The notes below the pieces were generated by a model. That model saw nothing but the letters and a program-made list of their open reading frames with translations, ran no database searches and had not been told where the DNA came from. Shown piece by piece: positions 39,943 to 48,437 of a stretch of 52,846 bases of DNA. The position numbers and the translations under genes are program-made. This DNA is from a virus (taxonomy: Duplodnaviria > Caudoviricetes). The stretch is from positions 1 to 52,846 of the IMG/VR virus record IMGVR_UViG_3300047457_000684; one strand, given 5' to 3'. Numbering within the stretch: position 1 is the stretch's first letter; each line of letters starts with the position of its first letter.

Positions 39943-41217
39943 CTACGCCGCATCGCCGCTCGTGCCCTGGCGAACCTGGATTTCAACGCGGTTGGGATCA
40001 CCGATGTAAACAATCTCCGCGACGAACTCCAGCGCGAGCACCCGGAGTTCTTCATCGGTGGCGGCATCAAGAGCGCCCGATCTCATGAACACCTCAGCCA
40101 GCCCTTGCCAGTCAGGTCCTGATTCCGGTGGCGGCATTACCAACGACCGCTCCAGCCGTTCGATTGAATCATCCAGCCCCGGCACCCCCTGGTCCTGCAG
40201 CGCCCGTAGCTGCTCCAGCTGCCGCTGACGTTGCTGTTGCTGCTGATCCATAACCGGCGCTGCCGGTGCAGCGGCAACGGCGCCCAGCTGTTGTGCAGCG
40301 CTGCGCAATGCATCCACCAGTTGCCCGCGAATCTTGAACTCCGCCAAGCCACGCGCGTACCACTGGCACAAGTTGTTGCTGCAACGAAGCCGTGGTTTGC
40401 CTGCTGCCTGGATGTAGTGCATCCGCTTCCCGCAGCATCCGCAGCGCACCAACCCGGTAAGCAGGCGCACGGTTCGTGGTGACCGGATGCGCACCGCCTT
40501 GCGCTGGTCCAGCAGACGGCGCGCTCGATGCCATTCATCCCAGCTGATCAACGCCTGCACCCGATCGGGCTCGTTGTTCACCACGCCGCGCAGGATCGGG
40601 TTATTCAGCCACCGCCCCAGGCCTGGAATAGACCAGTCGAGGCGGCGCTGGCGGATCGTGCGGCCCAGCATGAACTCGTTGGCCTCCAGCGCATCCCACA
40701 GCTGCCGCGCCGCCTGAAACTCCGTTGGGTGTGGCGCCACCTGCGAGCCGTCGTAGATGTAGCCGTATGGCACACGGCCGCAGGCGTAGTGACCCTCGGC
40801 CTTGCGGCGTTTCAGGCCGTTGCGCACGTTGATTGATTTGATCATCGAATCGACCTCGTTCACGGTGGAGAGCACACCGGTCAGCAGCCGCCCTGCTGGA
40901 TCCGCTAGGTCGCTGGGCGTGCCATCCAGAAACCGCACGGTCACGCCTCGCCGGGCGCACATCCGCAGGAATGGGAGCTCTTCGCCGCGGCGACTGAGGC
41001 GCGACTGAGACACGGCGATCACCTCACGGCAGCGACCGGCCGCTACCAGGGCCTGCAGTTCCTCCCAGCCAGGGCGGCGTGCATCCTCCCGGTAGGCGGT
41101 GCCGCGCTCACGAATCACGCGATCGCAGCCGGCCGCCATCAGCTGCTGCACCTGGGCATCGATGCTGATGTCCTGCTCAGCCTTGTCGGTGGAAACCCTG
41201 GCGTAGCCAACGATCAC
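39943..41217 (-). CDS. Large serine recombinase (integrase)
   Basis: GYARVST, SRLSR, PYGY recombinase domain, LLTGLVRCGCCG Zn ribbon. Confidence 0.95.
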   Translation of the reverse strand: MIVGYARVSTDKAEQDISIDAQVQQLMAAGCDRVIRERGTAYREDARRPGWEELQALVAAGRCREVIAVSQSRLSRRGEELPFLRMCARRGVTVRFLDGTPSDLADPAGRLLTGVLSTVNEVDSMIKSINVRNGLKRRKAEGHYACGRVPYGYIYDGSQVAPHPTEFQAARQLWDALEANEFMLGRTIRQRRLDWSIPGLGRWLNNPILRGVVNNEPDRVQALISWDEWHRARRLLDQRKAVRIRSPRTVRLLTGLVRCGCCGKRMHYIQAAGKPRLRCSNNLCQWYARGLAEFKIRGQLVDALRSAAQQLGAVAAAPAAPVMDQQQQQRQRQLEQLRALQDQGVPGLDDSIERLERSLVMPPPESGPDWQGLAEVFMRSGALDAATDEELRVLALEFVAEIVYIGDPNRVEIQVRQGTSGDAA

Positions 41218-41305
41218 AGCCGCTCTGAGGCATAGTGCAGAACGAACCTACAGCAAGCTGAAGTTGCCTTATGTACTACGGCATGCGGGCAGGAGGGCGC
41301 ATGCC

Positions 41306-41341
41306 AAAAGCCCCCCGGGAACACGACTTCCCGAGGGGCCC
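41306..41341 (-). terminator. Intrinsic terminator after the dCTP deaminase
   Basis: Minus strand GCCCCTCGGGAA...TTCCCGGGGGGC followed by TTTT. Confidence 0.65.
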
Positions 41342-41381
41342 GTAGATGGCGGTTGCAAGCCAGCAACCTGTTTCTATCGTA

Positions 41382-41894
41382 TCACCCCTTGCTCGGCTCC
41401 ACCGTTTCCGCTAGGTGGTATCGCCCAGTCTCCGCATAACCACGTAGCGGCACCGCTGACATCTCCAGGAACGTCAGCTGACCAATCCGCATCCCAGGCC
41501 ACAGCGGCACCCGATGGAGCTGGCGGCTATTGACCAGCTCCAGTGTGATCACGCCATGGAATCCGGGATCAATCCATCCGGCCAATAGGTGTTCGATCGC
41601 CTCACGTGCCCGCGAGGATTTCAGGGAGAATTGAGCGGAGAGGTGATTAGGCACCCGCACATACTCCAGCGTGTGGCCTAGTACGAACTGCCCCGGCACT
41701 AGCCAGTACGGATCCTCTGCTGTGTGCCGCTTTAGTGGATATGGCACCAGTTCTGGTGATTCGGCAGATTCAATGAGCAGCGTGTCTCCAAGCCGTACAT
41801 CAAGGCTGGCGGGGTTGATGAGTTCGGGCAGGAATGGTGTCACCATGCCTGATTCACACAGGCTGGTGATCTGCCAGTCGGCTAGTGGGCTCAT
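41382..41894 (-). CDS. dcd: dCTP deaminase
   Basis: NPASLDVRLG, KSSRAR, AGWIDPGFHG.ITLE, IGQL.F; start moved to ATG 41894. Confidence 0.92.
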   Translation of the reverse strand: MSPLADWQITSLCESGMVTPFLPELINPASLDVRLGDTLLIESAESPELVPYPLKRHTAEDPYWLVPGQFVLGHTLEYVRVPNHLSAQFSLKSSRAREAIEHLLAGWIDPGFHGVITLELVNSRQLHRVPLWPGMRIGQLTFLEMSAVPLRGYAETGRYHLAETVEPSKG

Positions 41895-42610
41895 TGTTGG
41901 TTGGTTGGCACCGGCAGGGCATGGTGGGGGAGCCAGTGGGAGAAGCAGTATTTGAGCTGCGGCATTCCGGTGTTGGAATGATCCATCAATCTCCAGTCGC
42001 CCTCTACGATCCCGCAGAGCCAACACCTCCCCTCCGCGTCACAATCCTCAGGCCCCGGCAGCCGCTCAGCGACGGGCACCGGCTTGATGGCGGGGCGGCA
42101 CCAGCGATGCGACACAGGAACAACTGCATCAAGCAGTCGATCGGCCAGCTCGATGTTACCAACGGTGCGACCACCAGAAGACCGAGCGACGCACAGGATT
42201 CTCTCAAAGTGGCCCCGCAGTTCAGGTAGCCAGTCGTGTTCCAGCGGCCCCTGCGGCTCGGGCTGGGCTAGGCGCTCCAGGAGGTCTGCGGCGCGGGTTA
42301 GACGGCTGACGCGAAGGTGAGACTCTTTCTCAGGGTCGCCCTGATGAATGCTGTAAATGTTCTCAGGGTCAAGGCCACGCATTTTCTGATACTCATTGAC
42401 AAAATGACGCAGCTCGGCCACTAACTCACTTACCTCTCCATTGGCAGTCGGCTCGGGCTGGGCCAGTTCGGCGCGGGCGCGGTTAAAAATCTCTCGGCAC
42501 TTCCACATATCACGCTGGTGATAGTGCCCGCAGTTGACGCCCCCAACAAGGGAGCCAATCACGTCCAGCAACTCAGCGCACAGCGCTCGCCAGTCGGTTG
42601 GTGTGGTCAT
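41891..42610 (-). CDS. Hypothetical modular phage protein
   Basis: TDWRALCAEL...VAERLPGPEDCD...HWLP. Confidence 0.7.
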   Translation of the reverse strand: MTTPTDWRALCAELLDVIGSLVGGVNCGHYHQRDMWKCREIFNRARAELAQPEPTANGEVSELVAELRHFVNEYQKMRGLDPENIYSIHQGDPEKESHLRVSRLTRAADLLERLAQPEPQGPLEHDWLPELRGHFERILCVARSSGGRTVGNIELADRLLDAVVPVSHRWCRPAIKPVPVAERLPGPEDCDAEGRCWLCGIVEGDWRLMDHSNTGMPQLKYCFSHWLPHHALPVPTNQQ

Positions 42611-42783
42611 GGTGTGTCGGTGGTGGTGGAATCATGCTGCGCCAGCGCCTGCTGCACCAGCGGTCTTAGCTCCTGCAATTCACGCCAGATGTGACGATCC
42701 TCCGGGTCGCCATAGTCGTACTCCAGGGCCTCATTTACAGCCAGCTCAGCCAGGGCCAGCAGGCGGGTGAGTAAGGCAGTCAT
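42607..42783 (-). CDS. Hypothetical protein, 58 aa (not in ORF track)
   Basis: MTALLTRLLALAELAVNEALEYDYGDP...STTTDTP; ATGA coupling on both sides. Confidence 0.6.
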   Translation of the reverse strand: MTALLTRLLALAELAVNEALEYDYGDPEDRHIWRELQELRPLVQQALAQHDSTTTDTP

Positions 42784-43019
42784 GGTGTGTCGGTGGTAGT
42801 GGAGCCGCGCAGCTCGGCGGCGATGGCGAGGATTTCAGCGCGGATTTGGACTGCAAATGGGCTCCAACTTGCCCGATCAAGCGGACTGGCCGCAGGTAAC
42901 ACCTGATCCGCAGCAGCCTCCAGGACGGCGGCGGCAGAGAGCCGGTAGGTGTCGCCTTCGTCGGGCGCGTTGTAGGCGGCATCCAGCACCGCCTGCGCGG
43001 CGGGGGAGAGGTCATTCAT
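42780..43019 (-). CDS. Hypothetical protein
   Basis: MNDLSPAAQAVLDAA...IRAEILAIAAEL. Confidence 0.65.
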   Translation of the reverse strand: MNDLSPAAQAVLDAAYNAPDEGDTYRLSAAAVLEAAADQVLPAASPLDRASWSPFAVQIRAEILAIAAELRGSTTTDTP

Positions 43020-43221
43020 TACGGCTCTTGTGTATTGCGATGATGTGACTGTTGTACTGCTCGGCAGCATGGCGAAGCTTTTTGGCCAGATCAGAGAATC
43101 TGTCTGGATGTACCGGATGAATGACTCCGTTCAATCCCATGCCGCCAACGAGCGCTAGCGAATGCTCTGCCATTTGACCAGCCCAAGCCAAAGCCTGTTC
43201 CTCGTGAGTTAGTTCAGTCAT
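43012..43221 (-). CDS. Hypothetical protein
   Basis: MTELTHEEQ...; coupled in a small-ORF array. Confidence 0.5.
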   Translation of the reverse strand: MTELTHEEQALAWAGQMAEHSLALVGGMGLNGVIHPVHPDRFSDLAKKLRHAAEQYNSHIIAIHKSRNE

Positions 43222-43552
43222 CTGGCAGGGCCTCCACGGCGCGGCGGATGGTATCAAGATCCTTCATGCCGTCAGAGAAAAACTCTCCGGTCGATTCAAT
43301 ACGACTCAACCCCATCAGCGCCTGCTCTTTCAAGCTCAGCGGCTTCGGGCGGCGCATTTCACGCATCCAATCAGCTCGGCCCTTGCCGTACATCGTGTGG
43401 ATGCTGGCTACACACGCCTCCAGCTCTTGGTCTGCGCCCCATTGGGCGGCGCGGCTAGCTAGGTGCTCACCAAAGATGTTTCCTTCATCTACTTCGTTGA
43501 GCCACTGCTGCACCAGCTCCGGTGGCGGGTTGATGGGGTGTTCATTGGCCAT
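43214..43552 (-). CDS. Hypothetical protein
   Basis: HPINPPPELVQQW...AAQWGADQELEAC...SLKEQAL. Confidence 0.7.
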   Translation of the reverse strand: MANEHPINPPPELVQQWLNEVDEGNIFGEHLASRAAQWGADQELEACVASIHTMYGKGRADWMREMRRPKPLSLKEQALMGLSRIESTGEFFSDGMKDLDTIRRAVEALPDD

Positions 43553-43742
43553 TGATCTTCTCCAGTAGTTTCCTGAGTTGTTGAACTTTGGGCGGCACTA
43601 AATGCCAGCTGCTCACCGTGCCGCATACGTCACCAAAGCAGATACGAATTGGACCGTCGTCGAGTTGGTGGTAGGTGGGACAGTTGGCGTTGCCGACTGT
43701 TGCTCTCAGCGCTGGCATGGTTAGTTGAATTTGTCGGCTCAT
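43542..43742 (-). CDS. Hypothetical protein
   Basis: Coupled small ORF. Confidence 0.5.
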   Translation of the reverse strand: MSRQIQLTMPALRATVGNANCPTYHQLDDGPIRICFGDVCGTVSSWHLVPPKVQQLRKLLEKINGQ

Positions 43743-43772
43743 TGCTCGGCCTTGTGCTGTTCAGTCATGGCG

Positions 43773-44018
43773 TCAATCCGTTGTGGTGGTTTGCAATACG
43801 CTCTCAACTTCACGCCTGATAGCATCAGGCACCATCGGATGTGATGGTCGCCAGCGGCTACCACACCAATGATCACCGCGCCATCGTGCTGTTTGATCCA
43901 GCAGCTTGCCCCTGGTGCCCCATTTTCGCCAGTGAATCAGATCAGGCATCGCAGCGGAATATCTGGTAACGATCCAGTGGTTGCCGCGATGGTCTTCGCC
44001 GTCCCAAAGTGTTGTCAT
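43773..44018 (-). CDS. Hypothetical Trp-rich protein
   Basis: Small ORF in the same array. Confidence 0.5.
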   Translation of the reverse strand: MTTLWDGEDHRGNHWIVTRYSAAMPDLIHWRKWGTRGKLLDQTARWRGDHWCGSRWRPSHPMVPDAIRREVESVLQTTTTD

Positions 44019-44136
44019 GGTGTCAACTCTTCCTCAATCAAACGTTCACATAATGCCCACCACACTGATGTGGCGATCGTTGCAATGCCAACAATCATCA
44101 GCACTGCAAAAATTTCGATGATGCCGGCTAGGTAAA

Positions 44137-44337
44137 TCATTTGGGCATCCACTCACCACACCACTGATCAACCGCAACATGGGGCCAGAATCCCCATGTC
44201 ATCGTTTCATTCTCTATGTCCAGCAACTCCGGCACAATCACAGGTGGCGAGATATGACACGACATGAGATTTTCTAGTTCCCCGCTCCATCTCAGCGGTC
44301 GGCTGAATTTGCAGTTCTCGCAGCGTTCCTCAGTCAT
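44137..44337 (-). CDS. Small Cys-containing protein
   Basis: CENCKF...CHISPP...WP.V..DQWCGEW. Confidence 0.6.
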   Translation of the reverse strand: MTEERCENCKFSRPLRWSGELENLMSCHISPPVIVPELLDIENETMTWGFWPHVAVDQWCGEWMPK

Positions 44338-44440
44338 CGACACTTCTCCCAGTTCGTAGGTGAACACTGATCAGCATAAACCTTATACAGCCAGCCGCTG
44401 AATGGCATAATCACCATCAGCGCGGCAATTAATGTGATTC

Positions 44441-44713
44441 TCATTGCTGCGTCTCCAATATCTGACGCCGCAGGGTGTCAAGACACGTTGCATTGACGCC
44501 ACCGCGATGCAACTCAGCACGCATGTGGTCGATCATTGCCACGATCTGACCCTGCTTTGATGCTGCACCCTGACGCCAAGCCGCCTGCACCGCCTGATCC
44601 TGGCTCAGCTGTTCACTAGCAGCAGCAATAGCCTGCTCGCGTTGTTCAATCTCCCGAGCAGCGGCCTCAATGATCGTATTGAGCTGCTGCCGCAGTGTGG
44701 TGAGGGTCGCCAT
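44441..44713 (-). CDS. Hypothetical protein
   Basis: Coupled to ssb. Confidence 0.6.
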   Translation of the reverse strand: MATLTTLRQQLNTIIEAAAREIEQREQAIAAASEQLSQDQAVQAAWRQGAASKQGQIVAMIDHMRAELHRGGVNATCLDTLRRQILETQQ

Positions 44714-45156
44714 CAGAACGGCACCTCATCAGAGCTGAGCCAATCCGGCTCGGTCTTGGCGGGTGCTGGAGCAGCGGCAGGTTGAGCCGCTGCAGCGGTT
44801 GCACCAGATTGCGGCTTGGCTACGAGCTCCCAGTTCTGCACCAGCACGGTTAGACCATGCTGTTCTTCCCCAGTGCGATCGGTCCAGCTCTCGATCTTCA
44901 CCTGGCCGCTCACGCTGATCAGGTCGCCTTTACTGACAGCATCAGCAAAGGCCTGTGCCTTTTCGCCCCATAGCTCCAGCTTGAAACCGTCCGGCTCTTT
45001 GCCATCGTCGCGCTTGGCACCAGGCTGGTTGATCAGGATTCGAGCATTACAAACGCAGTTGCCAGACTCGAAAAACCGGACTTCAGGATCACGAGCAAGA
45101 CGGCCCACGAAATGCCACTGGCTGGCGCGCAGCAGCTGCTTAATCAGTTCGTTCAT
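44713..45156 (-). CDS. ssb: Single-stranded DNA-binding protein
   Basis: GRLARDPEVRFFESG...KGDLISVSG; acidic tail DEVPF. Confidence 0.93.
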   Translation of the reverse strand: MNELIKQLLRASQWHFVGRLARDPEVRFFESGNCVCNARILINQPGAKRDDGKEPDGFKLELWGEKAQAFADAVSKGDLISVSGQVKIESWTDRTGEEQHGLTVLVQNWELVAKPQSGATAAAAQPAAAPAPAKTEPDWLSSDEVPF

Positions 45157-45183
45157 AACGGTGGTGTGGTTTCGGAAGTGCAG

Positions 45184-46023
45184 TTATGCCGCCCACGCGG
45201 CAGGAAGATCGCCTGGGTCTTCGGCGCCGTTGCAGCGCGCCACGGTTTCGGCGCTTACGCCGGCGCTGGCCAGCCGCTCCAGCGTCGCCTTAGGCAGCTG
45301 GTCCAGTGTTGATGCTGCTCCATTGCTGATCTCGCCGATCAGTGCCATCAAGCCATCATCCGAGAGGCCAGCATCAGCACAGGCCGCATAGGCGCTGGCG
45401 ATCAGCTCAGCCGTTGGCTCTGCTGCTGGAGCTGGAGCAGGTGGTGCCTCAACGACCGTCACCGGTACGACATCACCACCGCCTAGTTCCTCTGGTGTGT
45501 ACGCCGTATGGCCACCGAGAGCGTCTGGGCAATGGGTGCGTATCCCGGCCGTGAGCGCCCTGGAGAACAGCATCGACTCTGGGTACTTCTTCCAGATCGA
45601 CTTGTCCGCCAAGCCGGCACGCCTGGCCATCTCAATCGTGAACTCGCTCACGCCCATCGGCTTGCCGTTGGCGGTGAACTGGATTCGGCAGGTGGTCGCT
45701 GTGTTCTCCAGCACTTGGTAGTCGTACACCGGATGACGGCGGACGGCCTGGGCCAACAGGTTGGAGCTGAACGCCGGCTTGCCCTCAATGATGTGCACGC
45801 CAGTGGCCGATGCAAACGGGCTGAATCCTGCCTCCATACCGGCCATCAGCCGGATAGCGCATTCAGCTACCTGCGTTTCTTGGTTGCCATTACGGCCAAA
45901 CAAGCCTGATGCGGCAAACACCCGCGCTAGGCGGGCGAGATCGTCGACGCTCTGAACCTGAAGGCTCAGAGTTGGTGTGGTGGCGTTTGGCGCCGTTAGC
46001 GCCGAGCTGGTTGGTGGTGCCAT
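45184..46023 (-). CDS. RecT/Red-beta-like single-strand annealing recombinase
   Basis: GVHIIEGKP...FTIEMARRAGL...WKKYPESML.SRA; next to ssb; start moved to ATG 46023. Confidence 0.75.
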   Translation of the reverse strand: MAPPTSSALTAPNATTPTLSLQVQSVDDLARLARVFAASGLFGRNGNQETQVAECAIRLMAGMEAGFSPFASATGVHIIEGKPAFSSNLLAQAVRRHPVYDYQVLENTATTCRIQFTANGKPMGVSEFTIEMARRAGLADKSIWKKYPESMLFSRALTAGIRTHCPDALGGHTAYTPEELGGGDVVPVTVVEAPPAPAPAAEPTAELIASAYAACADAGLSDDGLMALIGEISNGAASTLDQLPKATLERLASAGVSAETVARCNGAEDPGDLPAAWAA

Positions 46024-46158
46024 GCCGGTGTGCGTGGTTCCCGTACAGTAGCAGTTCACTTCCAAAACCGCACGGATCTCCCAGTGTTTCACCACGAAAA
46101 CCACTCCGCCACTAATGCATACAAGTGTTCTAGAACCGGCGCCAGCGGTTCCACTGCC

Positions 46159-46326
46159 ATGCCAATCACCGTCAACTGCACCACCCGCCAGCAGGTCGAT
46201 TCCCTCTGGCGCATGCTCTGCCATGTCCCTGATGGGGACTTCGAGCCTGTGGTGGTGCAGCTGGAGGGCAAGCTGCTCTATCGCATCATTCGCGCGAACG
46301 GCGAGCAGACAACAGTTCCGCTCTGA
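46159..46326 (+). CDS. Small hypothetical protein
   Basis: MPITVNCTTRQQVDSLW...; 3' part of ORF 46030..46326. Confidence 0.4.
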   Translation: MPITVNCTTRQQVDSLWRMLCHVPDGDFEPVVVQLEGKLLYRIIRANGEQTTVPL

Positions 46327-47035
46327 GCTCCGCAGGGCCGTAGCGGCCGACCTGATCGCCGCGAATCACCCGGATCATCTCGGCCAGTGCTGCCATCTCA
46401 AGCTCCAGCTCGCCGGGGCTGAGCAGCGCATCACCGAGCACGATCCGTCTCAGCATCTGCTGCCGGCCAGCGGACTGCGACGGATAGGCCTCGGTGAACG
46501 CCTCCATGGCTTCGCGTGGCGCCCATCCCTGTTCACGCGCCAAATCCTGAAGAAGGTCCGACAGCTGTCGGGTTGCGTGGCTCGATTCAGCTGGCGACAT
46601 CGCCTCACCGAGATACGGCAGCGTGAGCCGGCCAGCGGCCACCATCGCCAGATCGCCCAGATCCAGCGGGTGGCCAGCGTCGTCAGCCTTGGGCAGCCAC
46701 ACCGCAGCGTCAAGCCACTCCGGGTGAACGCCCCAGTTTGAGTGAGGGCCAAACTGCCTGATGGCGGCTTCTGGCCCTTGGGTCTGCCAGGTCCAGATCG
46801 CTCGATTGGCCTCCGCGAGCGAGTCGAGGTATTTCAAACCCACCGGCCGAACGTGGCGCGCATTCCGCAGGCGGCTGAGCTGGCCGCCAACGATGCCGGT
46901 TGGCTCGCCGTACGCCCACTCCAGAATCGTCGCCATCCGTTCCTGGCTGAGCGGCACCAGCCAGCGGCCGACCAGCTGGCCGATGGCGAGGACGCCACGG
47001 TTCAGGCGCTCCTGTGCGGTTTCGGATCTGTCCAT
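46286..47035 (-). CDS. Hypothetical protein, possible HTH regulator
   Basis: LSQERMATIL...GGQLSRLRNA weakly XRE-like; start uncertain. Confidence 0.55.
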   Translation of the reverse strand: MDRSETAQERLNRGVLAIGQLVGRWLVPLSQERMATILEWAYGEPTGIVGGQLSRLRNARHVRPVGLKYLDSLAEANRAIWTWQTQGPEAAIRQFGPHSNWGVHPEWLDAAVWLPKADDAGHPLDLGDLAMVAAGRLTLPYLGEAMSPAESSHATRQLSDLLQDLAREQGWAPREAMEAFTEAYPSQSAGRQQMLRRIVLGDALLSPGELELEMAALAEMIRVIRGDQVGRYGPAELRAELLSARRSRE

Positions 47036-47077
47036 GGTTGGGAAACGCTGTGGTTCCACAACCATAGGCCTGGGGAA

Positions 47078-47476
47078 TCACTGTGGAAATCCCAGGATGC
47101 GCTGTGCGTCAGAAACGCTGCGCACGATTCCAGAACACCCGCCAGCACTGGCCACATGGTCCAGAAAACGCTGCTGTTCCGGAGTTGCACGGCCTGTTGA
47201 TGACTTCACCTCCAGCGCCACGAACTGCGCGATGCCGTTCGTGGTGCGGTAGCCGATCAGGTCGGAGGATCCGACGCACAGCCCCGCATGGAGCGGTCGC
47301 CCGTTACGAACCACCACGTCACCAGGCCGCAGTGCTGCTGCTACGGCGCGGATATTGCCCGCTGAGACCCGTGTGGATGGCCCAGCCCAGCCGGTGCCGA
47401 CGTTGTTTCTCCACAGCCGGGCGTCTCCATGACCGCAGGCCATGAGGATGCGCTGCTGGGTTTCGTGTTCGCTCAT
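47078..47476 (-). CDS. VRR-NUC domain nuclease (allele 2)
   Basis: Same length as and near-identical to 26..424. Confidence 0.85.
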   Translation of the reverse strand: MSEHETQQRILMACGHGDARLWRNNVGTGWAGPSTRVSAGNIRAVAAALRPGDVVVRNGRPLHAGLCVGSSDLIGYRTTNGIAQFVALEVKSSTGRATPEQQRFLDHVASAGGCSGIVRSVSDAQRILGFPQ

Positions 47477-47681
47477 GCCGTCCGTGCGTTTCCGACAGTC
47501 AACGGATGGCGAGTGACGTTCTGTGAACCGGCCCTGAGGTGGCGGTGATGCCGTCAGGCTGTGCGCAGCAACAGTAGGCAAACGAAACTATTCCATCGAA
47601 ATGACGGCAGTTAGCTATACGTTAGTAGCGTATAGCATAGCGGCATGTTATATTTTCTAGGTTGATAGAATCGCAAATCAA

Positions 47682-48302
47682 ATGGCGGATCCCCGCAGCG
47701 CTGAGTACAGCCGCCGCTACCGCGAGCGCAAGGCCGGCCGGCTGCCTCCTCCCACGCTGCCTAAATGCCTGACATGCGGTAAGGAGCACAGGGGCGCACG
47801 CGGTCAATACTGCTCTAGATGCTGGCTGAAAACAGAAGAAGGGCGAGAATGGCAGCGGAATAGAGTTAAAGACTTTCGAGTCAGCAATCCTGAGTCAACG
47901 GCAAGAAATACGTTTGAAAACAACCGCAAGCGGGGGGCATTCCGTCGGGCTGGTCGCCGCAAAGCACTGGTGCCACTAACGCGAGAGCAGCTAAGAGCGC
48001 GATTTGCGTTGTTTGGAGATTCATGCGCCTACTGCGGTAAAGGTGGGAAGGTGTCAATTGATCATGTCATGCCACTGAGCAAAGGCGGGCTAGACGAATA
48101 CAGAAACGTTGTGCCAGCTTGCAAAACATGCAACAGCAGCAAGAACGCAAAAGACGTACAAGCTTGGTATTTACAGCAGCCGTTCTTTTCGCAGGCAAGA
48201 TGGGCAAGGCTACAGCGTCACTGTGTAGAAAGAGTTTGCGGTCAATTGTCATTGGCAATTTCGGATGCGACGCAACAAGCCAGATTGGAAGCTGTCACCT
48301 GA
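47682..48302 (+). CDS. HNH endonuclease (HNH-2) with N-terminal Zn finger
   Basis: CLTCG...CSRC; CAYCG...IDHVMPLSKGG...NVVPACKTCNSSK. Confidence 0.9.
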   Translation: MADPRSAEYSRRYRERKAGRLPPPTLPKCLTCGKEHRGARGQYCSRCWLKTEEGREWQRNRVKDFRVSNPESTARNTFENNRKRGAFRRAGRRKALVPLTREQLRARFALFGDSCAYCGKGGKVSIDHVMPLSKGGLDEYRNVVPACKTCNSSKNAKDVQAWYLQQPFFSQARWARLQRHCVERVCGQLSLAISDATQQARLEAVT

Positions 48303-48310
48303 CCAATTTC

Positions 48311-48333
48311 GCCCCTCACCCGAGGGGCTTTTT
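48311..48333 (+). terminator. Intrinsic terminator of HNH-2
   Basis: GCCCCTC-ACCC-GAGGGGC-TTTTT. Confidence 0.85.
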
Positions 48334-48355
48334 CATGCCGTGCCACACTGGCACC

Positions 48356-48434
48356 GCCAGGTCGGCCCTACCGGTAACGCGGGCGCCGTGGTCGGCTTCG
48401 ATGGGGCCGATCTGTAACGGTACCGAAGGCCTGG
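48356..48434. other. Conserved structured intergenic element, copy 2
   Basis: Homolog of 487..564 with a longer hairpin GGTCGGCTTC-GAT-GGGGCCGATC. Confidence 0.4.
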
Positions 48435-48437
48435 TTA

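Noticed and set aside
39925-40122. 65-aa plus-strand ORF coupled to the upstream gene
   Set aside because: Almost entirely antisense to the integrase 3' end; possibly a truncated remnant
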